A stretch of 30,873 nt of DNA, taken from assembly GCA_013166835.1 (NCBI GenBank), contig JABLTI010000045.1:1-30873 (forward strand), in the 5' to 3' direction. The notes beneath the pieces were generated by a model that was given only the letters and a program-made list of their open reading frames with translations, was not told the DNA's origin and ran no database searches. The stretch's first letter is position 1, and the number at the start of each line of letters is the position of its first letter. The stretch is from Promethearchaeati archaeon. Lineage in GTDB: Archaea; Asgardarchaeota; Heimdallarchaeia; JABLTI01. The translations under genes were made by a program, and so were the position numbers. This document shows, one piece after another, positions 8,430-17,945 of this stretch.

Positions 8430-10214
8430 ATGACAAAACCAGAAATAGCTTGGGATTTATCCGTAGTTTTTCCAAGTGTGACTGATCCATCTATTGAAAC
8501 AACAATCACATTTATTCAGAAAGCTGCAGATGATTTAGTTACAAAATACCAAGGGAAAATTATCAATTTCTCAAGTAAAGAACTTCTAGGCTTACTACAA
8601 GCTTACGAAAAATACCTTGTTGAAACAAGAAACCTAGGGATGTTTGCACGACTGACTTTTTCTGCAAACATGACAATTCCAGAATCACAAAAACTCAATG
8701 ACAGAGTAAGTAAATTACAAGCGAATTTGAGTAAGAAATTAGCATTCTTAAATTTAGAAATTGGAAAATTAGTTCATAGTAAATCAGAATTAATAACTGA
8801 TGCTAATTTAACGAATTATAAGCACTATCTTGAAAGATTGAAAAGAGCTGTGCCACACCAACTTTCTGAAGTTGAAGAACAACTCATCATCGAAAAAGAT
8901 CAATATGGTCTTAGAGGTTGGTCACAATTACAAAGCAAATGGTTAAACACCAGAATGTTTGAAGTAGAAGTTGAAGGTGAGAAGAAGAAATTATCTTATG
9001 GTGAAGCAAATTCACTTCTCCCTCATCCAGATAGAGCGACAAGGAAATCAGCTAATCAAGCAATTTACGAACTTCTAAAAGAAGATGGTGAACTGTTTAC
9101 ATCAGCTCTAAGAAACATCACTAATGACTGGATTAATGTTACAAAAAGACGAAAATATGAATCAGAAATGCATGCTAGTTTGATAGCTAATGACATTGAT
9201 CAAAAAACAATTGATAGCTTGTTAAAGACTATCGATGAAAGTTCTCATATCTATAGACGATATTTGAAATTGAAAGCTAAGCTTCTTGATATGACCAAAT
9301 TAGCTAATTATGACATTGTTGCACCGTTACCTGATGCACCAGATATAACCTACAACTATGAAAAAGCAAAAGAGCTATGCATTGCTGCTTATAGTAAATT
9401 TGATGAAGAATATGCTTTTGGTACAAAAGATATGTTCGAGAGAAATCGAGTTGATGCATCTGCGAGATTCGGAAAAAGAAGTGGTGCTTTTTGTGCTAGT
9501 TGGTTCAAAGGACAATCAGCTTTCATCCTACAAAGTTACAATGATTCATTATCTGGAATCTATACTTTAGCTCATGAACTAGGTCATGCTACTCACGATT
9601 ACTACTTTACTCGAGAACAAACAATACTAAACACAAGTATACCTATGATTGTTGCAGAAACTGCTTCAATATTTGGAGAACTACTTGTAACAGATCTTTT
9701 ACTAAGTCAAGCTCAAAGTGATAATGAAAAGATAGCTATTATATCTCGAGTTCTTGATGGAGCTGGTATGGCTGCTTTTCAAGTAACAGCTCGTGCTTGG
9801 TTTGAACAAGATATGTATGATGCGATCAAACGCGGTGAGTTTCTAGACTATAAAACAATAAGTGAGTTCTGGACCAAAAACAGGGATAGAATCTATGCCG
9901 ATGAAATTGAGTGGCTCGATGTTATGGATGCAGAATGGACCATGAAAGGTCATTATTATATAGCGAATTTCAGATTCTATAACTATCCATACGTTTACGG
10001 TCAATTGTTTGTTTATGCATTGTACCAGAAATATCTTGAAGATGAGAAGGATTTTATACCAAAATTCAAGAAAGTTCTAGCGGCAGGCTGCAGCATTTCT
10101 CCAAAAGAAATCGGTGATGCTTTTGGTTTAGATATCTCTGATCCTGAATTCTGGAAACTTGGTATAAAGCGTTTCAAGTATTTCGTAGACGAGTTAGAGA
10201 AACTTGTAAAGTAA
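8430..10214 (+). CDS. pepF: Oligoendopeptidase F (peptidase M3B)
   Basis: N-terminal WDLS, GKRSGAFC, zinc motif TLAHELGHATH, AETASIFGE, FYNYPYVYG; 594 aa. Confidence 0.95.
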   Translation: MTKPEIAWDLSVVFPSVTDPSIETTITFIQKAADDLVTKYQGKIINFSSKELLGLLQAYEKYLVETRNLGMFARLTFSANMTIPESQKLNDRVSKLQANLSKKLAFLNLEIGKLVHSKSELITDANLTNYKHYLERLKRAVPHQLSEVEEQLIIEKDQYGLRGWSQLQSKWLNTRMFEVEVEGEKKKLSYGEANSLLPHPDRATRKSANQAIYELLKEDGELFTSALRNITNDWINVTKRRKYESEMHASLIANDIDQKTIDSLLKTIDESSHIYRRYLKLKAKLLDMTKLANYDIVAPLPDAPDITYNYEKAKELCIAAYSKFDEEYAFGTKDMFERNRVDASARFGKRSGAFCASWFKGQSAFILQSYNDSLSGIYTLAHELGHATHDYYFTREQTILNTSIPMIVAETASIFGELLVTDLLLSQAQSDNEKIAIISRVLDGAGMAAFQVTARAWFEQDMYDAIKRGEFLDYKTISEFWTKNRDRIYADEIEWLDVMDAEWTMKGHYYIANFRFYNYPYVYGQLFVYALYQKYLEDEKDFIPKFKKVLAAGCSISPKEIGDAFGLDISDPEFWKLGIKRFKYFVDELEKLVK

Positions 10215-10228
10215 ATCTGTTTATTTTT

Positions 10229-10277
10229 TGGTCATTTTTTGACCATATCTTTTCCTTTTTCTTTTAAGAAAAAAGAA
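10229..10277. terminator. Probable bidirectional terminator between pepF and the TM2 gene
   Basis: TGGTCA-N5-TGACCA hairpin (10229-10245) followed by T-tracts, then an A-tract (U-tract on the minus strand). Confidence 0.5.
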
Positions 10278-10298
10278 TATTGAATTGACTCAAATTTT

Positions 10299-10499
10299 TC
10301 ATTTCGCAAATACTAGTTCTCTTTCATTAATTATAAAAACTAAATCTAATACATATCCGACAAAGAATAAACCACCTGTAAATAGGTATACTAAACCAGA
10401 TATTGTATATCCTCTCATAAATCGGTGAACACCAAGATAACCCAGAAATAAAGATAACAAAATATCAATTAATTTTTGATCTTCTATGTCTTCTGTCAA
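10299..10499 (-). CDS. TM2 domain small membrane protein
   Basis: LLSLFLGYLGVHRFMRGYTISGLVYLFTGGLFFVGYVLDL matches the TM2 consensus. TTG start preceded by GAGGT. Confidence 0.88.
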   Translation of the reverse strand: MTEDIEDQKLIDILLSLFLGYLGVHRFMRGYTISGLVYLFTGGLFFVGYVLDLVFIINERELVFAK

Positions 10500-10555
10500 A
10501 ATTAAAACCTCATATAAATAAAATATCTTTTTTGGGTTAATAAACTAAAATAATT

Positions 10556-11227
10556 TTATTTAATGATAACACAGAAAACACTAGATTTGTCTATTTCAGT
10601 TATTTTTCCTTTTAATTTCATTTTTTCAAGTAAATTCTTAAAATCTTTTTTTGTGAAAGTTGTAGCAACAAATCCATCTTTACAAACTATTTTTCCATTA
10701 CCTGTTTTTTCGTAATCAATTTCCCCCAATAATTCTTCCTCAGATTGTTGAATGAACCACTTCAGTCTTTCATCCCAAAAATTATCTGAATAACTTGAAA
10801 GAACTAATTTACCTTGTGGTTTTGTTACTCTCAAACTCTCTCTTAATAATAATTCAGGTTCTACTTTAAACGCTGAAATACCATTTTGAATTGCAATAAC
10901 AACATCAAATGATTCATTTTTAAAACTCATAGAATTTGCGTTCATTTGTTGAAGCTCAACGTTTCTTATATTCAATAAAAATTCCTTAGCTAATTCCAAG
11001 CTTTCAGAAGAGGTATCTATACCAACAACTTTTGCAGCCATTTTTGCTAACTCTTTTAGAACTCGTCCATAACCGCACCCCAATTCTAAGACTTTATCTG
11101 AGCAACGGATTTGTTCAATTACAAAATTAATCTCTGCTTTCAAATATTGTTTTATTCTAGATGAAGCAAGATCATAGCACCGTTTCAATTTGTTTGCTGA
11201 AAGCTTATCGGAGTAATATTCTTTCAT
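10556..11227 (-). CDS. Class I SAM-dependent methyltransferase
   Basis: Motif I VLELGCGYGR, VVGID, FDVV, LRVTKPQGKL. Confidence 0.9.
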   Translation of the reverse strand: MKEYYSDKLSANKLKRCYDLASSRIKQYLKAEINFVIEQIRCSDKVLELGCGYGRVLKELAKMAAKVVGIDTSSESLELAKEFLLNIRNVELQQMNANSMSFKNESFDVVIAIQNGISAFKVEPELLLRESLRVTKPQGKLVLSSYSDNFWDERLKWFIQQSEEELLGEIDYEKTGNGKIVCKDGFVATTFTKKDFKNLLEKMKLKGKITEIDKSSVFCVIIK

Positions 11228-11417
11228 AGCTAATTCATGTTAATATAATAGTTAAGATATATTAAAAATTCTTGATAATCAAGAATATAGTTTACTTCTT
11301 TCAATCTTTAATCAGCAATTAAACAAGATAGCTGAGTAATTCATCTTAAAGATACAAAATACTAAATAGTGTGAAAAATGAATTAGAAAATCACGCTAAA
11401 TTGAGAGATGATAATAA

Positions 11418-11702
11418 ATGAATTTTATTGTTTTTTGGGAATATGATCCAGATGAACTGGAGAAAGTTGTAAAAAGGCTGAAAGAGTTTGAGAAAGAAAT
11501 TAAAAAGAATCCAAGCAAATACCCAAAAATGACCTTTGGTCCGTTTCTTTTTGGTGGGGAGTCAAAAGGTATTACAGTCTGCAATATTGAAGATGATGAA
11601 CAACCTGTTAATTTTCATCTTTATTTCCAAGCAGAACTGAAAATGAGTTTTGTACCAATCGTTGAAGTTGATACAGCATTAGAATTAATATCACAAAAAT
11701 AG
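11418..11702 (+). CDS. Small ferredoxin-like-fold protein, DUF3303-like
   Basis: MNFIVFWEYDP...KGITVC...LKMSFVPIVE resembles archaeal DUF3303-type proteins. Confidence 0.6.
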   Translation: MNFIVFWEYDPDELEKVVKRLKEFEKEIKKNPSKYPKMTFGPFLFGGESKGITVCNIEDDEQPVNFHLYFQAELKMSFVPIVEVDTALELISQK

Positions 11703-11726
11703 TATATCGTTGAATATCTGATTTTT

Positions 11727-13004
11727 TCATTCAATTTGGTTAGTGGTTTTTGGTTCACCTATGAAAAGAAAGCCTAATGAAGAGAGAAATCTCCCTGCTG
11801 CTATAACTAATAGTAAAACAAAAATTGTGCGCCATTCACTTATGATTGTAATATGATCCGCTATTAATCCCATAATTAGTGAACCTAGAAAGGTCGATAA
11901 GCCAATGAATAGATTATGAATTCCTGTATAGGTTCCTTTCTCTTCTTCGGGTGCACTATCAAGAATATAGCTATTTTGTCCCACCCAATATAATGCATTA
12001 CATAGTCCACTTGTTGCACCCGCAATAGCTAAATGCCACCAATAAGGAAGCCAATAGATTGTTATAGCTAAATTTATTGGAACATAGAACATTCCTACCC
12101 TCCCAATAAAAAGAAGAGTTGTTTTCTTAACCTTATTAATTAAAGGATTAATTGCTAGAAGAATAATCACTTGAAACAAACAGAAGAATCCCCAAATCCA
12201 AGTATTTTCCTTATTTGTAGCAAATGTACCTCTAACAATTGGAAAGATTGGCCATCCAAGAGACATAAAGAAAGCAACTACACTATTGGCAATCACAAAT
12301 CTTCTGAAAGTTTTATTATCTCTTATTGGCTTTAACGAAAAAATTCGTTGTTCAGTAATTTTCTTCACTTTTGGTTCATAGAGAAATAAACTAACAATAG
12401 CACATACTACGAAAAGAGCTGAAGTTACTTCAAATATAATCAGAAATTGTCTTGGATTTGTCTCTCCAAGATCTCCTATAAAACCAATTATCAGTAAATA
12501 TACAAGTGTCGCTCCCCCACCAATTATTGTAATTAGACTAATTAATCCAGCTCTATTTTTCTTTGTAGTTAAATCTCCTTGTAATGCTGTAAAGGAAGGA
12601 AAGAAACTAGCAAACCCAATAGAAAAACCAACCACAGCACCTACCAAAACCCATTCATTTTGGATTAAAGGAAATATTGCAAGAGTTATACCACACCCAA
12701 GAAGACCAATAAACATCATAATTCTGCGACCAATATTATCAGAAATGCGACCAAATGTAGATTGAAATGCTTGTTGAATGAGATTTCTTAGAGAAGTAAT
12801 TAATGAGAGAGCTGTTGTGGATGCTTCGAGAAAAACAGCATACAAGCCTAAGAAAGTTCTTGCTACAAAAATTGCTGCATTTGATATAGCTGCTAGAGAA
12901 AATAATTTCAATTTATAATCATTGGTTTGTCTTTTATCTTCTATAATTTCTTGAGTGTCTATCTCTGCTGTTTCTTCCTTCATTTCATTCACGGATTTTA
13001 ACAT
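11727..13004 (-). CDS. Major facilitator superfamily transporter
   Basis: About 12 hydrophobic segments; MFS motif A GRISDNIGRR; DSAPEEEKGTYTG loop. Exact start codon is uncertain. Confidence 0.9.
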   Translation of the reverse strand: MLKSVNEMKEETAEIDTQEIIEDKRQTNDYKLKLFSLAAISNAAIFVARTFLGLYAVFLEASTTALSLITSLRNLIQQAFQSTFGRISDNIGRRIMMFIGLLGCGITLAIFPLIQNEWVLVGAVVGFSIGFASFFPSFTALQGDLTTKKNRAGLISLITIIGGGATLVYLLIIGFIGDLGETNPRQFLIIFEVTSALFVVCAIVSLFLYEPKVKKITEQRIFSLKPIRDNKTFRRFVIANSVVAFFMSLGWPIFPIVRGTFATNKENTWIWGFFCLFQVIILLAINPLINKVKKTTLLFIGRVGMFYVPINLAITIYWLPYWWHLAIAGATSGLCNALYWVGQNSYILDSAPEEEKGTYTGIHNLFIGLSTFLGSLIMGLIADHITIISEWRTIFVLLLVIAAGRFLSSLGFLFIGEPKTTNQIE

Positions 13005-13078
13005 CAATCCAATGGTAGAGAACTATTTAAACTTCACTTTATAGATGATTACCACAAAGACTGAATGAATTGTATAAA

Positions 13079-13426
13079 TCAATAATCTAATTTTCTAAGA
13101 GCATTTCGAGCAGGAATAAGAATTTCGAAAAGTGTTTTCATTCCTTTTATTGTAATTCTATATCGTTTGACAACCATTTCTTGTTCTTCTAGTTGCTTCT
13201 TGTTTTCCTCAATAACTTGAATAAAGTCCCTATCTTCCATGTCAGATAGAATTTCTGTGAGTTTATGGTAATCACTAACCGCAGAACTCCGTATTGCATA
13301 AAATGAGAGTCCTAGTTTTTGATCATCGGATGATCCATCCTCACATTGAGCTAGTTTGGAGAGAATGGCTATCCACTTATCTAAATCGTCGCTTCTACGC
13401 TTCAATCTATTTATCAACTCACACAA
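13079..13426 (-). CDS. Winged helix-turn-helix protein, probable transcription regulator
   Basis: Helix pattern ending ILSDMEDRDFIQV and wing signature KRYRITIKGMK. Confidence 0.68.
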   Translation of the reverse strand: MCELINRLKRRSDDLDKWIAILSKLAQCEDGSSDDQKLGLSFYAIRSSAVSDYHKLTEILSDMEDRDFIQVIEENKKQLEEQEMVVKRYRITIKGMKTLFEILIPARNALRKLDY

Positions 13427-13470
13427 TTTTAAGACTGATTTTTACATGGTAAGATTTCTTCATTATCTGT

Positions 13471-14133
13471 CTACTTTTGATCTTCTTTCATCAACCGATC
13501 AAAATTATCAAGGACTTTTTCCATTGCTCTTTCATAACTTAATGAAATAACTCGCAAACGCATGTACTTTTGAAGAGAAGTGAAAACAATGTAACTAATC
13601 ATGTAACCTAATACTAAGTAAAGTGTAATACTGATAACCATAGAGGGAATATTTGTCAAGTAGTATTCAATGAATAAATCACTTGAAGACCGATATTTAC
13701 TAAGAATCCATACAAATCTCAAGAAACTAAATAATCCAGAGATTAATACTACAACAATCAAGTAAACAAACAAATCTCTCAAAACTTTCATGGAACTTGA
13801 AATCTCAGTTTGAAATGTTCGGAAATTTAAACTGCTATCTTGATCAAGTATCTGCTCTTCTTCTAATTGCAACCTGATTTTCTCTGTTCTTGTTATATAC
13901 CAAATAATTAACACGTATGCAATTAGTCCTAAGCATATCGTTAATGAGCTAGATAGAATGACTTTTTGTGCAAGCTCTAAATTCGGTGTATAAATAGTAA
14001 TTACGTTTGAAATGTATTTTTCTTGGATTCCTGAATATAGGAAATCAACTGCTAGAATGACTCCTGCAAGTATTATGGATCCTAATGTTAATGCAATAAT
14101 GAAAAATATCTTATCTTTCTTTTCGGGTTTCAT
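13471..14133 (-). CDS. Hypothetical integral membrane protein (about 4 TM)
   Basis: 220-aa ORF with ATG start and four long hydrophobic stretches; no family recognised. Confidence 0.75.
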   Translation of the reverse strand: MKPEKKDKIFFIIALTLGSIILAGVILAVDFLYSGIQEKYISNVITIYTPNLELAQKVILSSSLTICLGLIAYVLIIWYITRTEKIRLQLEEEQILDQDSSLNFRTFQTEISSSMKVLRDLFVYLIVVVLISGLFSFLRFVWILSKYRSSSDLFIEYYLTNIPSMVISITLYLVLGYMISYIVFTSLQKYMRLRVISLSYERAMEKVLDNFDRLMKEDQK

Positions 14134-14154
14134 GGCAATAGCTATGAATACTTC

Positions 14155-14181
14155 TTGTATACAACTTTTTTGGTATTAAAA
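14155..14181 (-). promoter_or_regulatory. Promoter (TTTTAATA) with a perfect operator-like palindrome TTGTATACAA
   Basis: Minus-strand TATA at 14181-14174; 10-bp palindrome at 14155-14164 between TATA and ATG 14133. Confidence 0.5.
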
Positions 14182-14285
14182 CTTCCTTAAATATCCCATT
14201 CCTGTTTTTTTATGTTGAAAATGGGTTCCAAACTGCTCCCTTGTCAGTGAGGTCGCGAATTCTATTCCTTCAGCATTCTTCTTCT

Positions 14286-14537
14286 CTAATTGTACCGCTG
14301 AAAGTTGCGATATCCATAACCTAACCCACCACCCATTCGAACGTAACCTTTCTTAAATATGATTTCACCACAAATCGAACATGCGAAAACGTTTTGGTAA
14401 TGCTTGTGTTCCCGATGCTTTAATGCTACTAATTGACAACAATTAGGGCAAAACCGCATGGTCTTCATTTCTTCTTTCGCTTCTCGTCGCCAATCAATTA
14501 ATTCATCAAACACGCTTTCACGTAACAACCAGTTCAC
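14286..14537 (-). CDS. Small zinc-ribbon protein
   Basis: CPNC-x17-CSIC knuckle pair; GTG start preceded by AGGT. Confidence 0.55.
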   Translation of the reverse strand: MNWLLRESVFDELIDWRREAKEEMKTMRFCPNCCQLVALKHREHKHYQNVFACSICGEIIFKKGYVRMGGGLGYGYRNFQRYN

Positions 14538-14666
14538 CTGACCTATATCAATCGAATTTTGTTAATAGCGGTGGTCAACCGGTTTAATCGATTTTTTCTA
14601 GTCTGATAGACTCATCCGAAAATTTCAAACATCCTAGAAGGGTTTCTTCTCACTTTTACCCGAAAG

Positions 14667-14682
14667 TATTTTTGTCGGAAAA
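14667..14682. repeat. 16-bp intergenic motif, copy 2 (TATTTTTGTCGGAAAA)
   Basis: Identical to 6962-6977. Confidence 0.6.
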
Positions 14683-14685
14683 AAG

Positions 14686-14703
14686 ACATAGAAATTTCTA
14701 TGT
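14686..14703. promoter_or_regulatory. Perfect 18-bp palindrome ACATAGAAATTTCTATGT, candidate operator
   Basis: Self-complementary over all 18 nt; lies between the divergent zinc-ribbon and esterase genes. Confidence 0.55.
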
Positions 14704-14806
14704 AAAAGCACAATTAGGATTGGAAAAGGAGTAGTAGCTGATAAATGTATAATTCCAAATGGATCGATAAAGAAAATAAACAAAGGATTAAAAATCCCGA
14801 AAACAA

Positions 14807-16582
14807 ATGTTACCTATGGCTGAGTTGAATTCTTTACTCAATATAAAGATTTTCGGATGGATTATCTTCGTTTTTAATGTGACAGTAGGGATAACAAATT
14901 TTCTTTATTTAATTATACAATCATCTGCATCTTTCGGAATTGTGGTTGGAATTTTCATCATTGGTAATCTTTCATTCACAATGCTCTATTCGCTCATTCT
15001 AAGCCACCATTTAAGAACAACTATGAAACGAGGACGTCGATTAAATCTCTTATGTTATGGTTATTTTGGAGGAGTAATTTTGGCCATGTTGTTTACTTTT
15101 TTGGCTGTTTTCATTGGCTTTAATGATACAGTTTCAGTTAATCTTGGATTGGGAGTGTTATTGTATGGGGCAAATTTTGGAATTGTGATCTATGGAGCCG
15201 TTTTAGGACTTATCCCTGCACTCTCGAAAAACCATATTGTTTTATCGACTTCTTCCATTCCAGAAGATTTAGTTTGGGAAAGAAGCATAAAAACCCAGAA
15301 ACGAATGCGTTGGTTGAAAGGCGTAATAATTATCATTTGTATTCTTGAGATTGTCATCGGGGGGTTAGTGTGTTATTCATTGTTCTTCGGCCTCCAAGGA
15401 AGATTAAGACTCTTTATGATTAGAGTATTTGCAGGACAAACAGCACTATTAATTGGAATTGCCACCCTCAGTTTCACGTTCATCCTTCTCAAAATAACTC
15501 GTACCATTTCTGGAAAACTAAAACGAATTCCGATGAGCTTCTTTGTCATCTTAGGGATTGTTCTCACAGGATTATGCTTCGTTCCGCTTGGATTAACCCC
15601 ACAATTTGTGCAAGATGCAGATGAAGCATTTTCGGCCAGTTTCAATCCTGTCTTTTCTGGGGATTGGAAAGCAGTTATTGATAATTCGGGTTATGTCGAT
15701 GCATTTCTCCAGACACCCTTCTCAGTTGGAGGATATTTTCTCGGATCCCCCACTTATGATTGTATTGTGAGAAAAGATGTGTTATACTTAGACGGATCTT
15801 TGAGTAATTTTACGGTGGATGCGAATGTAAAGTTATATTTTGACGCTTACATTCCCCCCAACGATTCTGATTCCCTACCAGGAAATCGTTCAACTTTGAT
15901 TAGATTACACGGGGGTGGTTTGACAATTGGGGATAAGGGTTTAGGAAATGTACTCACCATGAATCGTTATTTTGCAGCGCAGGGTTATTGCGTATTTGAT
16001 ATCCAATATGGATTGAATAATGGTCCTGAAAGTATGGATATTCCCATTATTACACCACCTAATGTCTTAGGGAACTTCACATTGGATGACATGATGCGCC
16101 ATATTGGAGTTTTTACATTCTATTTGGAGGATCATAATACAGAATATGGTGCGAATCTCGATTCGGTGTTTATATCTGGAGGTTCCTCTGGAGGTCAATT
16201 AGCATGTGCAACTGCACTCAGTATAGCCAGTGGTAATTATACCGAGATGTTCAGTGCGAACTATTCCATCAAGGGAATTATTCCATATTATCCAGCAAAT
16301 AATGTCTCCATGAGTTTTGCACAACAATCTACACCCGAATGGAGAAATCCGGAATTATTGGTAAATAATCAGAGTCCCCCATGCCTGATCTACCAAGGGG
16401 ATCAAGATCACCTTATTTTCCGATCCCGATCATTGGAAAATACCTATTTAAATCGAGATAATGCAGAAGTGTGTTTGTTGATTTTTCCGCTAGCTGGTCA
16501 CGCAAGCGATTTATATTTCTCGGGATATTATAATCAGGTGTTTTTATATTATATGGAGAGATTTATGTTTCTCTATCACTAA
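14807..16582 (+). CDS. Membrane-anchored alpha/beta hydrolase (HSL/family IV-like esterase) with a multi-TM N-terminus
   Basis: About 7 TM segments in the first 265 aa; oxyanion HGGG, nucleophile GGSSGG, acid YQGDQD, His LAGHA. Confidence 0.88.
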   Translation: MLPMAELNSLLNIKIFGWIIFVFNVTVGITNFLYLIIQSSASFGIVVGIFIIGNLSFTMLYSLILSHHLRTTMKRGRRLNLLCYGYFGGVILAMLFTFLAVFIGFNDTVSVNLGLGVLLYGANFGIVIYGAVLGLIPALSKNHIVLSTSSIPEDLVWERSIKTQKRMRWLKGVIIIICILEIVIGGLVCYSLFFGLQGRLRLFMIRVFAGQTALLIGIATLSFTFILLKITRTISGKLKRIPMSFFVILGIVLTGLCFVPLGLTPQFVQDADEAFSASFNPVFSGDWKAVIDNSGYVDAFLQTPFSVGGYFLGSPTYDCIVRKDVLYLDGSLSNFTVDANVKLYFDAYIPPNDSDSLPGNRSTLIRLHGGGLTIGDKGLGNVLTMNRYFAAQGYCVFDIQYGLNNGPESMDIPIITPPNVLGNFTLDDMMRHIGVFTFYLEDHNTEYGANLDSVFISGGSSGGQLACATALSIASGNYTEMFSANYSIKGIIPYYPANNVSMSFAQQSTPEWRNPELLVNNQSPPCLIYQGDQDHLIFRSRSLENTYLNRDNAEVCLLIFPLAGHASDLYFSGYYNQVFLYYMERFMFLYH

Positions 16583-16780
16583 TTTTTTCAAGTCCGTCAT
16601 TTTAATCACAATTAATTTTCTTATATCCAGTTGATTTTTGGTTCAGCTCTAGAAACATAGCTAAAAAAGCATTCCCCGAGTTCGAGAGAATAGGGGATAG
16701 TGGTTGCGTGACAAAACCAACAAAGCTAATTGCTTTGTAAACGTTTGCTTACAAATGATGTCATTAGAAGAATTTGCCAC

Positions 16781-17908
16781 CTAATCCTCTTGGTTTACTT
16801 CTGAAAGGTCTTCTATTAATGATAATTCCCTCAATGAGGTCTTAGCAATTACCGTTCTGTGATAAGTAGGGTATTCGTAGGTTATGCTAATATCATCGAT
16901 TTCGAATCTCTCAAATAGAACATCTCTAAGAACATCAGCAATATACCAACTTGTTTCAATTAATTTGTCCTCTCTGAGGAAAATCATATCTTGTTCTATT
17001 TCATATTCCTCAAGCATCATTTCCATAAATTCTTCTGGAATGAAATACTCTGGTAATGCGAAGACTGCTTTAACAATCATACCATCTTGAATTTCTTCAT
17101 AGGGTTTTCGTACAATCTCAGCTGTTCTAATTAATCTATTTCTGAATTGCACAGCATCTTTAGTTAAAGCACTACAATAGTGAAGGGCAAAATCAACATC
17201 TGATTCTTGAAGAATATTAAGTGCTAATTCTTCACTTCCCTTTATTGCAGATGAATTTTCTGATTTAACTTCAAAACCCTTTTCTTTGAGTTTCTTAATA
17301 TTAGCATCAGTAGCTTCTAGTTCATTCATATTACAGAATTTGATAGATTCAAGTTTATCCAGAGAATCAAGGAATTTGAGAATGTCTTTTTTAGTTCCAG
17401 GAATAACAGGTAATTCCGCACCCACTAGCCAATCATACATTAAAGCTTTAGCAATTGCTTTTTCCTGTTCCTTATTCTGTGGATGAAAGCGTATTTCATC
17501 AAGTCCTGCATGGTAGAGTTTTGATAAAGTCTCTTCGTTAGCATATCTTCCTGATGTATAAAGATGAATGTGAAATTTCTTACCAAATTCCTTTTTCATT
17601 TTTTCAATATACTCAACAGTTAAATCAACACAATGGAGGGGGTCTCCGCCTGTAACAGCTGCACCAAGAGCATTCATATTTGAAGCTTCAAGCATAATAC
17701 CAGAAAAATTTGAGATAGGACGCTCATTTGCTAATATTAGATCTTCTCCTCTTTTATTTCGAGCAAGCGAACAATAATAACAACTCTCATGGCATTTTCC
17801 TGTAACAAAGAAGAAAAGCTCTGCTCCTTTCCGGCAGTTTTTACATCCAGGAGGTAGTTGTCCTTTAATATATGATCCTCCTTTTAATGCTCTAATCTTC
17901 TTTTTCAT
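16781..17908 (-). CDS. Radical SAM protein, conserved archaeal family of unknown function (COG2108-like)
   Basis: CHESCYYC (CxxxCxxC), extra N-terminal LPPGCKNC, TGGDP, HIHLYTSG, GLDEIRFHP, NMNELE, HYCS. Confidence 0.88.
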   Translation of the reverse strand: MKKKIRALKGGSYIKGQLPPGCKNCRKGAELFFFVTGKCHESCYYCSLARNKRGEDLILANERPISNFSGIMLEASNMNALGAAVTGGDPLHCVDLTVEYIEKMKKEFGKKFHIHLYTSGRYANEETLSKLYHAGLDEIRFHPQNKEQEKAIAKALMYDWLVGAELPVIPGTKKDILKFLDSLDKLESIKFCNMNELEATDANIKKLKEKGFEVKSENSSAIKGSEELALNILQESDVDFALHYCSALTKDAVQFRNRLIRTAEIVRKPYEEIQDGMIVKAVFALPEYFIPEEFMEMMLEEYEIEQDMIFLREDKLIETSWYIADVLRDVLFERFEIDDISITYEYPTYHRTVIAKTSLRELSLIEDLSEVNQED

Positions 17909-17945
17909 TTCTTGTCACCACGGATTGTTTGAATTTTCTGTAAAA

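Noticed and set aside
14210-14317. Tiny minus-strand ORF with TGC-TGA (MDIATFSGTIREEEC-UGA-RNRIRD...) as a possible selenopeptide
   Set aside because: Only 35 codons, overlaps the zinc-ribbon gene, no SECIS seen and no known family resemblance; consistent with chance.
14200-16780. Horizontally acquired island or mobile element
   Set aside because: No transposase, integrase, tRNA site or terminal repeats; spot checks of GC content did not clearly differ from flanking genes.
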